The position numbers were made by a program, and so were the translations under genes. The notes under the pieces were generated by a model. It saw nothing but the letters and a program-made list of their open reading frames with translations. It was not told the origin of the DNA and ran no database searches. From NCBI GenBank assembly GCA_000433315.1, contig FR893375.1, positions 10,718 through 74,717 on the forward strand: 64,000 nt of DNA. Direction: 5' to 3'. Every line of letters starts with the position of its first letter. The stretch's first letter is position 1. The DNA is from Firmicutes bacterium CAG:345 (GTDB lineage Bacteria > Bacillota_I > Bacilli_A > RFN20 > CAG-288). This document shows positions 17,201-25,332 of this stretch, one piece after another.

Positions 17201-18067
17201 ATGGAAAAAGGAATAATAATCAGCGGTACAAAAAGAGAATATCAAGTTTATATTCATTCTTCCAAAAACATCAAAAAAGCTGTAGTCCGAAAAACTTTAA
17301 TTTATAAATTCGGGCCTCTTTTTGTTGGAGATGAAGTTGATATCGATGAAGATGAAACAATTTGTAACCTCTATCCACGTAAAAATAGATTAATTCGACC
17401 TAAAGTTGCTAATGTTAGTTATGCGGCTATTTGTACATCAACAGCCGAGCCTTCTTTTACCTCATATCTTTTAGAAAAATATCTTACTTATTTGATTTAT
17501 TGCCACGTTACTCCTCTGATTTTCTTTACAAAAACAGATATGCTCGACAACAATGAATTAACAAGAATATTAAGCTATAAAAAATATTATGAAACACTAG
17601 GATATAAAACATTTATGATCAGCACTAAAAATTCTGAAACATTTATGCCTCTAAAAGAAATTATCAAAGATAAGAATGTTATATTTATGGGACAAACCGG
17701 AGTTGGAAAAAGTTCATCCTTAAATATGATTGATCCAACATTAGAAAGAAAAATAGGTGAGTATTCTAAAGCCCTTGGAAGAGGAAAGCATCAAACAAAA
17801 GAAGTTGTTCTTTTTCCTTATCAAAACGGATTTATCGGAGATACTCCTGGATTTTCTAGCTTAGAACTTCCGATGAAACAAGATGAACTAGCAGCTTGTT
17901 TCCCTGGATTTGAAAATTTTGCCCATCTTTGTTTTTATACAGATTGTCTTCATATTTTCGAAAAAAAATGTGAAGTAAAAAAACACATAGAAGAAGGCTT
18001 TATCAGCAAAGAAAGTTACGAAAATTATAAAAAAATGTTAGAAGAACTTAAGGAGAAAGGAAAATGA
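17201..18067 (+). CDS. rsgA: Ribosome small-subunit biogenesis GTPase RsgA (YloQ/CpgA).
   Basis: Circularly permuted GTPase: TKTDML (G4), GQTGVGKSS (G1), DTPGF (G3). C-terminal Zn-finger cysteines CFYTDCLHIFEKKC. Confidence 0.85.
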   Translation: MEKGIIISGTKREYQVYIHSSKNIKKAVVRKTLIYKFGPLFVGDEVDIDEDETICNLYPRKNRLIRPKVANVSYAAICTSTAEPSFTSYLLEKYLTYLIYCHVTPLIFFTKTDMLDNNELTRILSYKKYYETLGYKTFMISTKNSETFMPLKEIIKDKNVIFMGQTGVGKSSSLNMIDPTLERKIGEYSKALGRGKHQTKEVVLFPYQNGFIGDTPGFSSLELPMKQDELAACFPGFENFAHLCFYTDCLHIFEKKCEVKKHIEEGFISKESYENYKKMLEELKEKGK

Positions 18068-18726
18068 AAGATATTATTATAGCCCCTTCATTATTAGCAG
18101 CAAACTTTTTAAATCTTGAAAAAGAAATAACAAGATTAGAAGAAGCTAAAATTAAATGGCTTCATTATGATGTCATGGATGGACATTTTGTTCCAGCAAT
18201 ATCTTTCGGTTCAGAAATTTTAAAACAAATAAGTAATTTTACAGATCTTTTTTTAGATGTTCATATTATGGCCACTAATCCTGAACATTGTGCAAAATTA
18301 TTAATTGATGCTGGTGCAAATAATATTACATTCCATTATGAAGCAACAGGTGATGTAATAGAAACAATTAATAAGCTCCGAGAAATGTCTGCTGATATTA
18401 TGATTGGCATGAGCATAAAACCATTAACACCTGTCGATGAAATTTTAGAATATTTACCTTATTTAGATATGATTTTAGTTATGAGCGTTGAACCCGGAAA
18501 AGGTGGACAAAAATTCAATATTGAAGCTCTAGATAAAATAGAACAATTGCGAAGATATATTGATGAAAATTCATTTGAATGTCTCATCGAAGTTGATGGT
18601 GGAATCAATGGTGAAACTGGAAAAGATTGCGCTCTAGCTGGAGCAGATGTTTTAGTATCTGGAACATATTTATTTAGATCAGAAAATATAGAAAAATCTA
18701 TCGAAAAAATAAAAAATATAGATTAA
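18064..18726 (+). CDS. rpe: Ribulose-phosphate 3-epimerase.
   Basis: IAPSLLAANFLNLEKE...HYDVMDGHFVP...VHIM...MSVEPG...EVDGGI motifs. Downstream of rsgA as in Bacilli. Confidence 0.9.
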   Translation: MKDIIIAPSLLAANFLNLEKEITRLEEAKIKWLHYDVMDGHFVPAISFGSEILKQISNFTDLFLDVHIMATNPEHCAKLLIDAGANNITFHYEATGDVIETINKLREMSADIMIGMSIKPLTPVDEILEYLPYLDMILVMSVEPGKGGQKFNIEALDKIEQLRRYIDENSFECLIEVDGGINGETGKDCALAGADVLVSGTYLFRSENIEKSIEKIKNID

Positions 18727-18810
18727 CTTTTACAGTAATAAAATTGTGTATTAATAATTGACTTGTCAAAAATTTTAAATAAATTAATATATTTACAGGA
18801 GGCAAAATCT

Positions 18811-19458
18811 ATGTTTCAACAAGGAATAGTCATTTCTTCGACAGTAGCATTGCTCGGATTAATAATTTTAATATATTTAGGATATAAAATTATCCATGAC
18901 AAAATGTCTTTTTTATCAACATATCCTTCAGACTTAATAAATGATTCCAATTCAAAAGTTACTAAAACTATTCTCTATTGGCTATATTTAATTTTGTCCG
19001 GATTTAACTTCGTTTTTTTCTTTTTTACATTCAATACAAAAACGACTTTAATTGGTGGATGTATACTCCTTTTCGCATCATTATTAGCAATTATTTTGCC
19101 ATTCTTTAAAAATATAAAATCATTAAGTTATTACAGTATAATTTATTTTCTAATATCTTCCTTTGGCTCTTTAATGTGCGGACTTGGAGGAATTGTTGAA
19201 GTTCAAATTGCTGGACACTATTCTTATCCATTGTGGCTAGCTATCATTTTCATAATTATAGGTGTAATAGAATTTGGCTTAGTATTTGTTCCACCATTAT
19301 GGAATATTCAATTCAACCAAAAAACAGAAGAAAATGGAAAGACAATATATATTCGTCCTAAAAAATCAATTCTTTCATTGTTCCAATGGATTTATCTAGG
19401 AATTGGTTATATTCAATGTATTCTTTTATTAATTGCTTCTTTCCTTTTAAAATTATAA
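18811..19458 (+). CDS. Hypothetical integral membrane protein (about 6 TM).
   Basis: Hydrophobic throughout. Start moved to the ATG at 18811 with RBS acaggagg. Confidence 0.5.
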   Translation: MFQQGIVISSTVALLGLIILIYLGYKIIHDKMSFLSTYPSDLINDSNSKVTKTILYWLYLILSGFNFVFFFFTFNTKTTLIGGCILLFASLLAIILPFFKNIKSLSYYSIIYFLISSFGSLMCGLGGIVEVQIAGHYSYPLWLAIIFIIIGVIEFGLVFVPPLWNIQFNQKTEENGKTIYIRPKKSILSLFQWIYLGIGYIQCILLLIASFLLKL

Positions 19459-19466
19459 TTTTAATC

Positions 19467-19503
19467 TAAATAAAATAGTTGGAAATTTAGTTATGTAAAT
19501 TTC
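19467..19503. terminator. Bidirectional rho-independent terminator.
   Basis: agttggaaattt-agttatgt-aaatttccaact, a 12-bp stem followed by tttttt. Confidence 0.75.
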
Positions 19504-19511
19504 CAACTTTT

Positions 19512-20054
19512 TTAAATCTCTACAGAGCCTTCTGAAACTCGCATTGGATCAATCGGATTAAAATGATCGTAAAATAATATTCCGTTCAAATGATCAAATT
19601 CATGTTGCAAAGCAATAGCTAAATATCCTTTAGCTTCAACCACAACATCTTTTCCTTGTAAAATATCATAAGCAGCCATTTTAATTCGATAAGGACGTTC
19701 TACTAAGCCTTTATGAACACCATCAACTGATAAGCATCCTTCTCCACCACGAAGATAACATTTTTTAGCAGAAATAGATTTTAATCTAGGATTAACCAAA
19801 ACATATTCATAATGTTTTCCATCAGTATCATCAAGATAAATTGCAAACATTTTTATAGCTTTACCAATTTGAGGTGCAGCTAAACCAACACCAGCACGAA
19901 TATCATGTGCAGCAGCAAATTCATCATCTTGAGATTCTTTTAAATGCTGTATCATCTGTTTTCCTAGGTCTATATATTCTTTATCTAATGGCATAGGAAT
20001 ATCTATACATTTTTCATGTAATACTTTTTCCGTATCCTTATAAATTTTTAACAT
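19512..20054 (-). CDS. def: Peptide deformylase.
   Basis: GVGLAAPQIG, EGCLSV, HEFDHLNG motifs. Start at MLKIYKD with a GGAGG RBS (the longer track ORF would encode the RBS). Confidence 0.9.
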   Translation of the reverse strand: MLKIYKDTEKVLHEKCIDIPMPLDKEYIDLGKQMIQHLKESQDDEFAAAHDIRAGVGLAAPQIGKAIKMFAIYLDDTDGKHYEYVLVNPRLKSISAKKCYLRGGEGCLSVDGVHKGLVERPYRIKMAAYDILQGKDVVVEAKGYLAIALQHEFDHLNGILFYDHFNPIDPMRVSEGSVEI

Positions 20055-20153
20055 AACTAACCTCCACAATGTATTTTAACATACTTTATAACATTTTTCT
20101 TTATGGAAAAAGAAAAGATAAAATCATAAATTAAATTTATCATTGCAATCAAA

Positions 20154-20175
20154 AAGGATGTAAAAAATTACATCC
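20154..20175 (-). terminator. Rho-independent terminator of the yjcZ-like gene.
   Basis: Minus-strand gggatgta-atttttt-acatcc followed by ttttt. Confidence 0.6.
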
Positions 20176-20186
20176 CTATTCATATT

Positions 20187-20354
20187 TTAATAACCGGCAC
20201 CGCACCTGTTATTTCCCCAGCCACAGCCGATAATAACAAGTAAAATAAAAATGACAAGAATTATAGCAAACCATCCACCAATACCATTATTTGTATTAGT
20301 TGGATATGCATAACCTGTGCCACCATAAGGATAATTTTGTCCGTAATAGTACAT
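20187..20354 (-). CDS. yjcZ: YjcZ-like small sporulation-family protein (55 aa). Not in the ORF track because it is under 60 aa.
   Basis: Minus-strand AGGAGGTG-n5-ATG. MYYYGQNYPYGGTGYAYPTNTNNGIGGWFAIILVIFILLVIIGCGWGNNRCGAGY: a Gly/Tyr-rich N-terminus plus a single TM, as in the Bacillus YjcZ family. Own terminator. Confidence 0.6.
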   Translation of the reverse strand: MYYYGQNYPYGGTGYAYPTNTNNGIGGWFAIILVIFILLVIIGCGWGNNRCGAGY

Positions 20355-20447
20355 AAGCACCTCCTAATTTAGTGTATGTTAAATATCAATTCTTGTTCAT
20401 AATGTCCGCAATAAATAGTTTTATGCATAGAATATATGGAGGGAACT

Positions 20448-20837
20448 ATGAGTAAATTTGAAGAATTCAAAGAATTTTGTAAAACAAAGCCATTTCTAAT
20501 TGAAAAAATTCACAAAAAAGAAACCACATGGCAAGAATTATATGAAATCTATGATATCTATGGTAAAGATGCAGATATATTTAATGAAGAAGGAAAAAAG
20601 GAAGAAGAAAAAGTAGAAGAAACATCTGATTCAGAAGAAGAAAAAAAAGATGATAATAAAAAAGAAACTAGTGGCATTCTTGATTTATTAGGAAACTTTG
20701 ACCCAGACAAATTAGCTGATGGTTTAAATGGAGTCAAAAAAATACTGGCAGTCCTTGGAGAAGTTACAAAACCAGAAGAAAATGAGTATGTAACTAAAAG
20801 AAAAATGACAAGACCATATCAAAGGAGTGATGATTAA
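20448..20837 (+). CDS. ylbD: YlbD-like putative coat protein.
   Basis: SKFEEFKEFCKTKPFLIEKIHKKETTWQELYEIYDIYGKDADIF matches the YlbD-like family N-terminus. Acidic Lys/Glu-rich middle. RBS ggaggg. Synteny ylbD-ylbE-ylbF. Confidence 0.6.
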   Translation: MSKFEEFKEFCKTKPFLIEKIHKKETTWQELYEIYDIYGKDADIFNEEGKKEEEKVEETSDSEEEKKDDNKKETSGILDLLGNFDPDKLADGLNGVKKILAVLGEVTKPEENEYVTKRKMTRPYQRSDD

Positions 20838-21047
20838 TGCGAGAAGATGTTATAATAAGACTTGATGAGAAGCCGGATTATTATATTTTTCTTCGAGAAA
20901 AAACCTCTTTGGCATCGTGAGTTAACATTCCATCCTGAAGAATTCGAAGAATTTCTTGCTTCTTATAAGTATAAAAGACATTTAAGAATGGTAGATAAAT
21001 TAGAAAATTTATCATTGATGATGTCCTTAGCTAAGGAGTTAATGTGA
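20838..21047 (+). CDS. ylbE: YlbE-like protein, interrupted by a +1 frameshift in an A6 run (20898..20903).
   Basis: Frame 1 from ATG 20838 (overlapping TAATG, RBS aaaggag) gives MREDVIIRLDEKPDYYIFLREK and then stops at 20919. Frame 2 continues PLWHRELTFHPEEFEEF...AKELM. Joined, this resembles YlbE (..FIRMNPIWYRKLTRNP..). Confidence 0.5.
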
Positions 21048-21370
21048 ACACAGAAACATTCATACAAAAAAGAGATGAATTAATCTCAAAAATTAAAGAA
21101 CTAGATCTTTATAAAGAATACAAAAAATTAGATAGTTTAATCTATGAAGATAAAATCATTCAAGAATTAAACACAAAAAAAGAAAAACTTCTTCAAGATT
21201 ATAAATTTGCTTCAGAAGATTTGCAAAATAAAATATTGCAAGAAATTCTTTCAGTTCAAAAAGAAATAGAAAAGCAGCCACTAGTTATACGTTATAACAA
21301 AATAAAAAAAGAGTTAAAAGAATTAGTTGAACCTTTGAATACAAATATAATACAAAAAGTTTACTTTTGA
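21044..21370 (+). CDS. ylbF: YlbF/YmcA/YheA (RicF/RicA, Com_YlbF) family protein.
   Basis: GTG start with RBS aaggag. About 110-aa helical protein at the ylbF position. Confidence 0.5.
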   Translation: MNTETFIQKRDELISKIKELDLYKEYKKLDSLIYEDKIIQELNTKKEKLLQDYKFASEDLQNKILQEILSVQKEIEKQPLVIRYNKIKKELKELVEPLNTNIIQKVYF

Positions 21371-22908
21371 ATTTTAATTGTTATTTCCTCACTAGAAACA
21401 TCTTCTATACTAATAGTGTAAGGAATTGAAGAACCGTCATTAAAAAAATATTTATTCAAATTTTTTCCTTTAGTAAAAAGATCTGAGTTATCAGCAACTG
21501 GTTTAGATATATACTCTAAATCTCCACAATTATTAGCCGAAACTAATTCAACCAGTCTATTATTTTTATCTATCAAACTTCTAGTACTGGTATTATTATT
21601 CACAATTGCGACAGAGGCTCCTTTTTCTATATAATAAACTAAATTATTAACATAAGAACTCTGAATAGTATTTCCTTTAAAATAGCCTATTCTTGCATCT
21701 ACATGATAAATTCTTAGTCCTGAATCAGTAAACATTCTTGCATTATTTCCTAAATATTTCGACTTAGAATCTTTTGAGTTCAATCCTTCAGGAACATAAT
21801 ATTCCAAAATAAGATATTCATCAAAAGCTGTACCATTATAATTATTTGCTATTATATATGCTTCACCACTAGAATAAAAAGGCTTTATCTTTATTTCACC
21901 TTCCCCTATTATTTCTTTTGGAGAAATCCAATTTAATAAATACTTAGAAAAAGCCATATGATCACCGATATTATAGTCCATCATATCTAATCCACCGACT
22001 GGATACTCTGGATTTTCTTTGCTATTTGCATAACTATAATAATCTTCAAGGCCTAAAATATGTCCAGTTTCATGAATATATGTATGTGCATCTGGAAGAA
22101 ACCCGGTTAGAAGGCTTTGATAATTTCCCTCTGTCATAAAAAAATAACTTCCCCATGAAAAGGTGCCTACTTTATATTTCAAATTTTCTTGAGAACGACC
22201 ATTAGCAGTAGTAAAAGCCCAGGCTAATTGAGACTCATTATCATACATCGAATTATAAATAAACCAAACGGCATCAAAATAGCCATCTTTATTTTGATCA
22301 TATTTTTCAAAATTGATATTTGGATTATTATTTAAAACATCTTCGATTATTGTTATTGTAAGATCATTGCTAATACTTGAAAGCGAGATGGAATTATTTT
22401 TACTTTCAGTTGCACTTTTCAAAAGATTTGAATAATAACTCAAAGGTCGATCAATATTAACAACATTAGTTACTTCACCATTTAATGTCAATTTTGAATA
22501 ACTGCTCTTTTCATAAAAAGATTTTACAGATTCCCATCCGACTATTGAATTTCCTTCACCAAAAAAAGCTTCATTCAATGTTTCCTTAAAATCCTTATTT
22601 CTCATTGTTGGAACATTAGAAAAATTAGAATATTTTTCATCTTGAAACGAAACTGGAACAACTAAAATATTTTGGTCACCAACACTATTTAAAGCTTGAT
22701 ATCCATTAGAAGATAGAATTTTATTATTGTCAACATGATCTTGCCAATTTCTAACATTTCCATCATCATAAAATGTTGGTGATTCTATTTTTTCACTATA
22801 AAATAAAAATTTATTTTGGATATAGTTATAGCCAAAATACGCAGAAACGGCTACTAAGGATATAAAAAAAACAGAAATAAAAATTTTTGCTTTTTTTCTT
22901 TTAGCCAT
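21361..22908 (-). CDS. Membrane-anchored zinc metallopeptidase, M6 (immune inhibitor A)-like.
   Basis: N-terminal signal anchor IFISVFFISLVAVSAYFGY. HETGHILGLEDYY matches the M6 motif HExxHxLGLxDEY. 515 aa. Confidence 0.6.
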   Translation of the reverse strand: MAKRKKAKIFISVFFISLVAVSAYFGYNYIQNKFLFYSEKIESPTFYDDGNVRNWQDHVDNNKILSSNGYQALNSVGDQNILVVPVSFQDEKYSNFSNVPTMRNKDFKETLNEAFFGEGNSIVGWESVKSFYEKSSYSKLTLNGEVTNVVNIDRPLSYYSNLLKSATESKNNSISLSSISNDLTITIIEDVLNNNPNINFEKYDQNKDGYFDAVWFIYNSMYDNESQLAWAFTTANGRSQENLKYKVGTFSWGSYFFMTEGNYQSLLTGFLPDAHTYIHETGHILGLEDYYSYANSKENPEYPVGGLDMMDYNIGDHMAFSKYLLNWISPKEIIGEGEIKIKPFYSSGEAYIIANNYNGTAFDEYLILEYYVPEGLNSKDSKSKYLGNNARMFTDSGLRIYHVDARIGYFKGNTIQSSYVNNLVYYIEKGASVAIVNNNTSTRSLIDKNNRLVELVSANNCGDLEYISKPVADNSDLFTKGKNLNKYFFNDGSSIPYTISIEDVSSEEITIKIQK

Positions 22909-22910
22909 TT

Positions 22911-23264
22911 TTAATCTCCATAGTCAGAGCCACGACTATTATCATCAATTATGACATGTATTCTATTTGCTAAATCTGTAATAGTTGCAAATTTTGCGTT
23001 TTGATGTTCATCAATATTTGTCATTGGATCATCATCGTCTGCAGTAAATACCATTACTCTATTTTGATAAGTTAACTCATCCATTTTATCTAAAATATGT
23101 TGAAAATGTTCAGGAAAAAGATTTTTAAAATTCATAAGTGTAGTATAAAAACCTGGTTCAATATAAAAAATAGAACCATCAGAATTTCCGTAACATGCAC
23201 AAAATCTATTTCTTAAATCAATCATGATTTTTCTATCATCCCACTCAGGATATTTACTCTTCAT
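22911..23264 (-). CDS. Hypothetical acidic cytoplasmic protein (117 aa), co-operonic with the metalloprotease.
   Basis: 2-nt gap to the downstream protease gene. No recognisable motif. Confidence 0.4.
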   Translation of the reverse strand: MKSKYPEWDDRKIMIDLRNRFCACYGNSDGSIFYIEPGFYTTLMNFKNLFPEHFQHILDKMDELTYQNRVMVFTADDDDPMTNIDEHQNAKFATITDLANRIHVIIDDNSRGSDYGD

Positions 23265-23306
23265 ATTAATACCTCGTCGTATTAATTATAACACGAGCAA
23301 TATTCT

Positions 23307-24047
23307 TTAAAAAGATATAGTCAAAACCTTTTGTCCATCAGTATTTATGCAAATTATATTCATTTTATGTTTTTGAGCAAATAAAACACATTCTGTAGAA
23401 ATCGGCGAAGAAAAATCTTTTGTAAATTTAAAAAAATCATCAAAAGATATTTCATTATAGATATTTCCTTCTTTATCACATAATCCCGGCATGTCTTTAA
23501 AAAGATAAAAAACTTTTAAATTCAATGAACTAGCAATTATTGCTGCCGATAAATCAGATCCTTCTCTTTTTAAAGTAACCGGTTCCTTATTTTTATCTCT
23601 TCCAATAAAACCAGGAACAACAAGAATATCTTCTATTTTCAAATATTTTTTTATTTTTTTAGAATTAAACCACTTTTTATTATCTTGAATTATCAGTCCT
23701 AATTCTATATAGCTAAAACTTTTTACATGTATTTTTAGATTTCTTAAATCTGAAGTTACTTTTAAAACAGAATAAGTTTCACCTATCGCTTTTAAACGAT
23801 CTTCTTCTTGTAACGTTAAATTATGGTTAACTGAATTTAATAATCCATCCGTAGAATAAGGATCTAAATTTCTTCCAATTGCTGAACATACTAAAACAAT
23901 TTTATCTTTTTGGCACTTTCCAAAAATATAATGATAAACATTATCTCTTTTGCCTTCATTTTTTAAAATTGCTCCACCTACTTTTATTACTTTAACCACA
24001 ACCAATTTTATGTATAAAAGTAAAAATCTATACTTTATATTTAGCAT
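23307..24047 (-). CDS. Aspartokinase-like amino-acid-kinase domain protein lacking ACT regulatory domains.
   Basis: VIKVGGAIL, IVLVCSAIGR...STDGLL, AIGETYSV, ILVVPGFIGRDKNKEPVTLKREGSDLSAAIIASSL...KDMPGL all align to the aspartokinase catalytic domain. Only about 230 aa. The N-terminal 17 aa of the track ORF overlap the yabO promoter, so the true start may be internal. Confidence 0.55.
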   Translation of the reverse strand: MLNIKYRFLLLYIKLVVVKVIKVGGAILKNEGKRDNVYHYIFGKCQKDKIVLVCSAIGRNLDPYSTDGLLNSVNHNLTLQEEDRLKAIGETYSVLKVTSDLRNLKIHVKSFSYIELGLIIQDNKKWFNSKKIKKYLKIEDILVVPGFIGRDKNKEPVTLKREGSDLSAAIIASSLNLKVFYLFKDMPGLCDKEGNIYNEISFDDFFKFTKDFSSPISTECVLFAQKHKMNIICINTDGQKVLTISF

Positions 24048-24069
24048 TAATTTGTTTTATACTAAAAAC

Positions 24070-24321
24070 ATGAGAATAGATAAATATTTAAAAGTAACCC
24101 GTTTAATCAAAAGAAGAGAAGTTGCTAAAACATTATGCGATAAACAATGTGTATTAATAAATGGAAAAGCTGCCAAACCAGCTTCAGAAATAAAAGAAAA
24201 CGATGAAATTGTAATCAATTCACCAAATGGTCGTACTATAAAAATTAAAATTAAAACAATAGCTAATTTTGCAACAACAGATCAAGCTAAAGAAATGTAC
24301 GAAGTTATCTCTCAAGAATAA
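24070..24321 (+). CDS. yabO: S4-domain RNA-binding protein (YabO/Hsp15-like).
   Basis: MRIDKYLKVTRLIKRREVAKTLCDKQCVLINGKAAKPASEIKENDEIVI is an S4 fold. Synteny with yabP-yabQ-divIC. Confidence 0.75.
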   Translation: MRIDKYLKVTRLIKRREVAKTLCDKQCVLINGKAAKPASEIKENDEIVINSPNGRTIKIKIKTIANFATTDQAKEMYEVISQE

Positions 24322-24360
24322 AACACATATTTTTCTCATATTTTAATATGAGGTAAAAAT

Positions 24361-24627
24361 ATGGAAAACGAACAACAAAATAAAATAACACTAATCAATC
24401 GAAAGAAAATGATTATTGAAGGAGTCAAAAAACTTATCGCATTTGATGATAAAGAATTTCAAATGGAAACCAACCTTGGAAATTTAAAAATAACAGGAGT
24501 TAATTTAGGATTAGATGGCATGGATACAGCAAAAGAAATTCTATCTATTCAAGGAACGATTAACAGTCTTAAATATGATGCAGAGATTTCTTCTAAAGAA
24601 AGCATATTAAAGAAATTATTCAAGTGA
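24361..24627 (+). CDS. yabP: Sporulation protein YabP.
   Basis: ITLINRKKMIIEGVKKLIAFDDKEFQMETNLGNLKITGVNLGLD...IQGTINSLKY matches the YabP family. Confidence 0.75.
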   Translation: MENEQQNKITLINRKKMIIEGVKKLIAFDDKEFQMETNLGNLKITGVNLGLDGMDTAKEILSIQGTINSLKYDAEISSKESILKKLFK

Positions 24628-24827
24628 CCTCACTTAGAGAACAAGCAGGCGTTATTTTTGGATCGTTTCTTTTTGGTTTTTTTGTCTTTCTAACATATGA
24701 TTTTTCAACAGATTATTTTTTCGCTTCCATGGAAAATTATTTCTATTTCCATTCTATTTTTTATTATTTTTATTTTATAGTAGTACATACTATATTTTTA
24801 TCAACGAAACTTGTCATCGAATCATAA
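24624..24827 (+). CDS. yabQ: Spore cortex protein YabQ-like small membrane protein.
   Basis: Overlaps the yabP stop (ATGA). Small hydrophobic protein at the yabQ position. Confidence 0.5.
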   Translation: MTSLREQAGVIFGSFLFGFFVFLTYDFSTDYFFASMENYFYFHSIFYYFYFIVVHTIFLSTKLVIES

Positions 24828-25010
24828 ATATTTTTTATCCTCTTTCTATAATTTTAGGCTTTTATATTTATTTCAAATTTTTCAGATTATATTTTTTAAG
24901 AAGCTATAGCAATTTAATTATTAAAATAAAATGCAAAATTATTAATCCAATCACTAGACTTAAAAGAAACACATGTGCTAAACTAGAACATAGTAGAAGG
25001 CTTAAAAAAA

Positions 25011-25283
25011 ATGAAAGAAAGAAGAAAAAAAGAAAAAATAATCGGCTGGACAGCGCTTAGTATTTCTATCGCTATTTTCTCTTCTTTTTTAGGCATATAT
25101 GTTTCAAAACAAATAGAACAACAACGCTTGCAACAACAAATAAATGAGGCGCAAAAAGCTTTAGATGAAGCATTTGATTTATCTCAAAAACTCGAAGATG
25201 ATGAATATTATCAAATATATACTCCAAATGGTAATTACCTTATAACAAAAGATGGAAAAATATTAATTGACTTTGGCAAATAA
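25011..25283 (+). CDS. divIC: Septum formation initiator DivIC/FtsL-like protein.
   Basis: Basic N-terminus, a single TM, then a coiled-coil. Synteny follows yabQ. Confidence 0.6.
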   Translation: MKERRKKEKIIGWTALSISIAIFSSFLGIYVSKQIEQQRLQQQINEAQKALDEAFDLSQKLEDDEYYQIYTPNGNYLITKDGKILIDFGK

Positions 25284-25332
25284 CGACAGATTTTTAACCT
25301 CGATTCGATATTATTAAATCGAGGTTTTTTAA

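Noticed and set aside
23950-24069. N-terminal 40-aa extension of the S4-domain ORF (MPSFFKIAPPTFITLTTT...).
   Set aside because: The extension overlaps the 5' end of the convergent/divergent aspartokinase-like gene and has no RBS. S4 proteins of this family are about 85 aa and begin at MRIDKYL, where an ATG is present.
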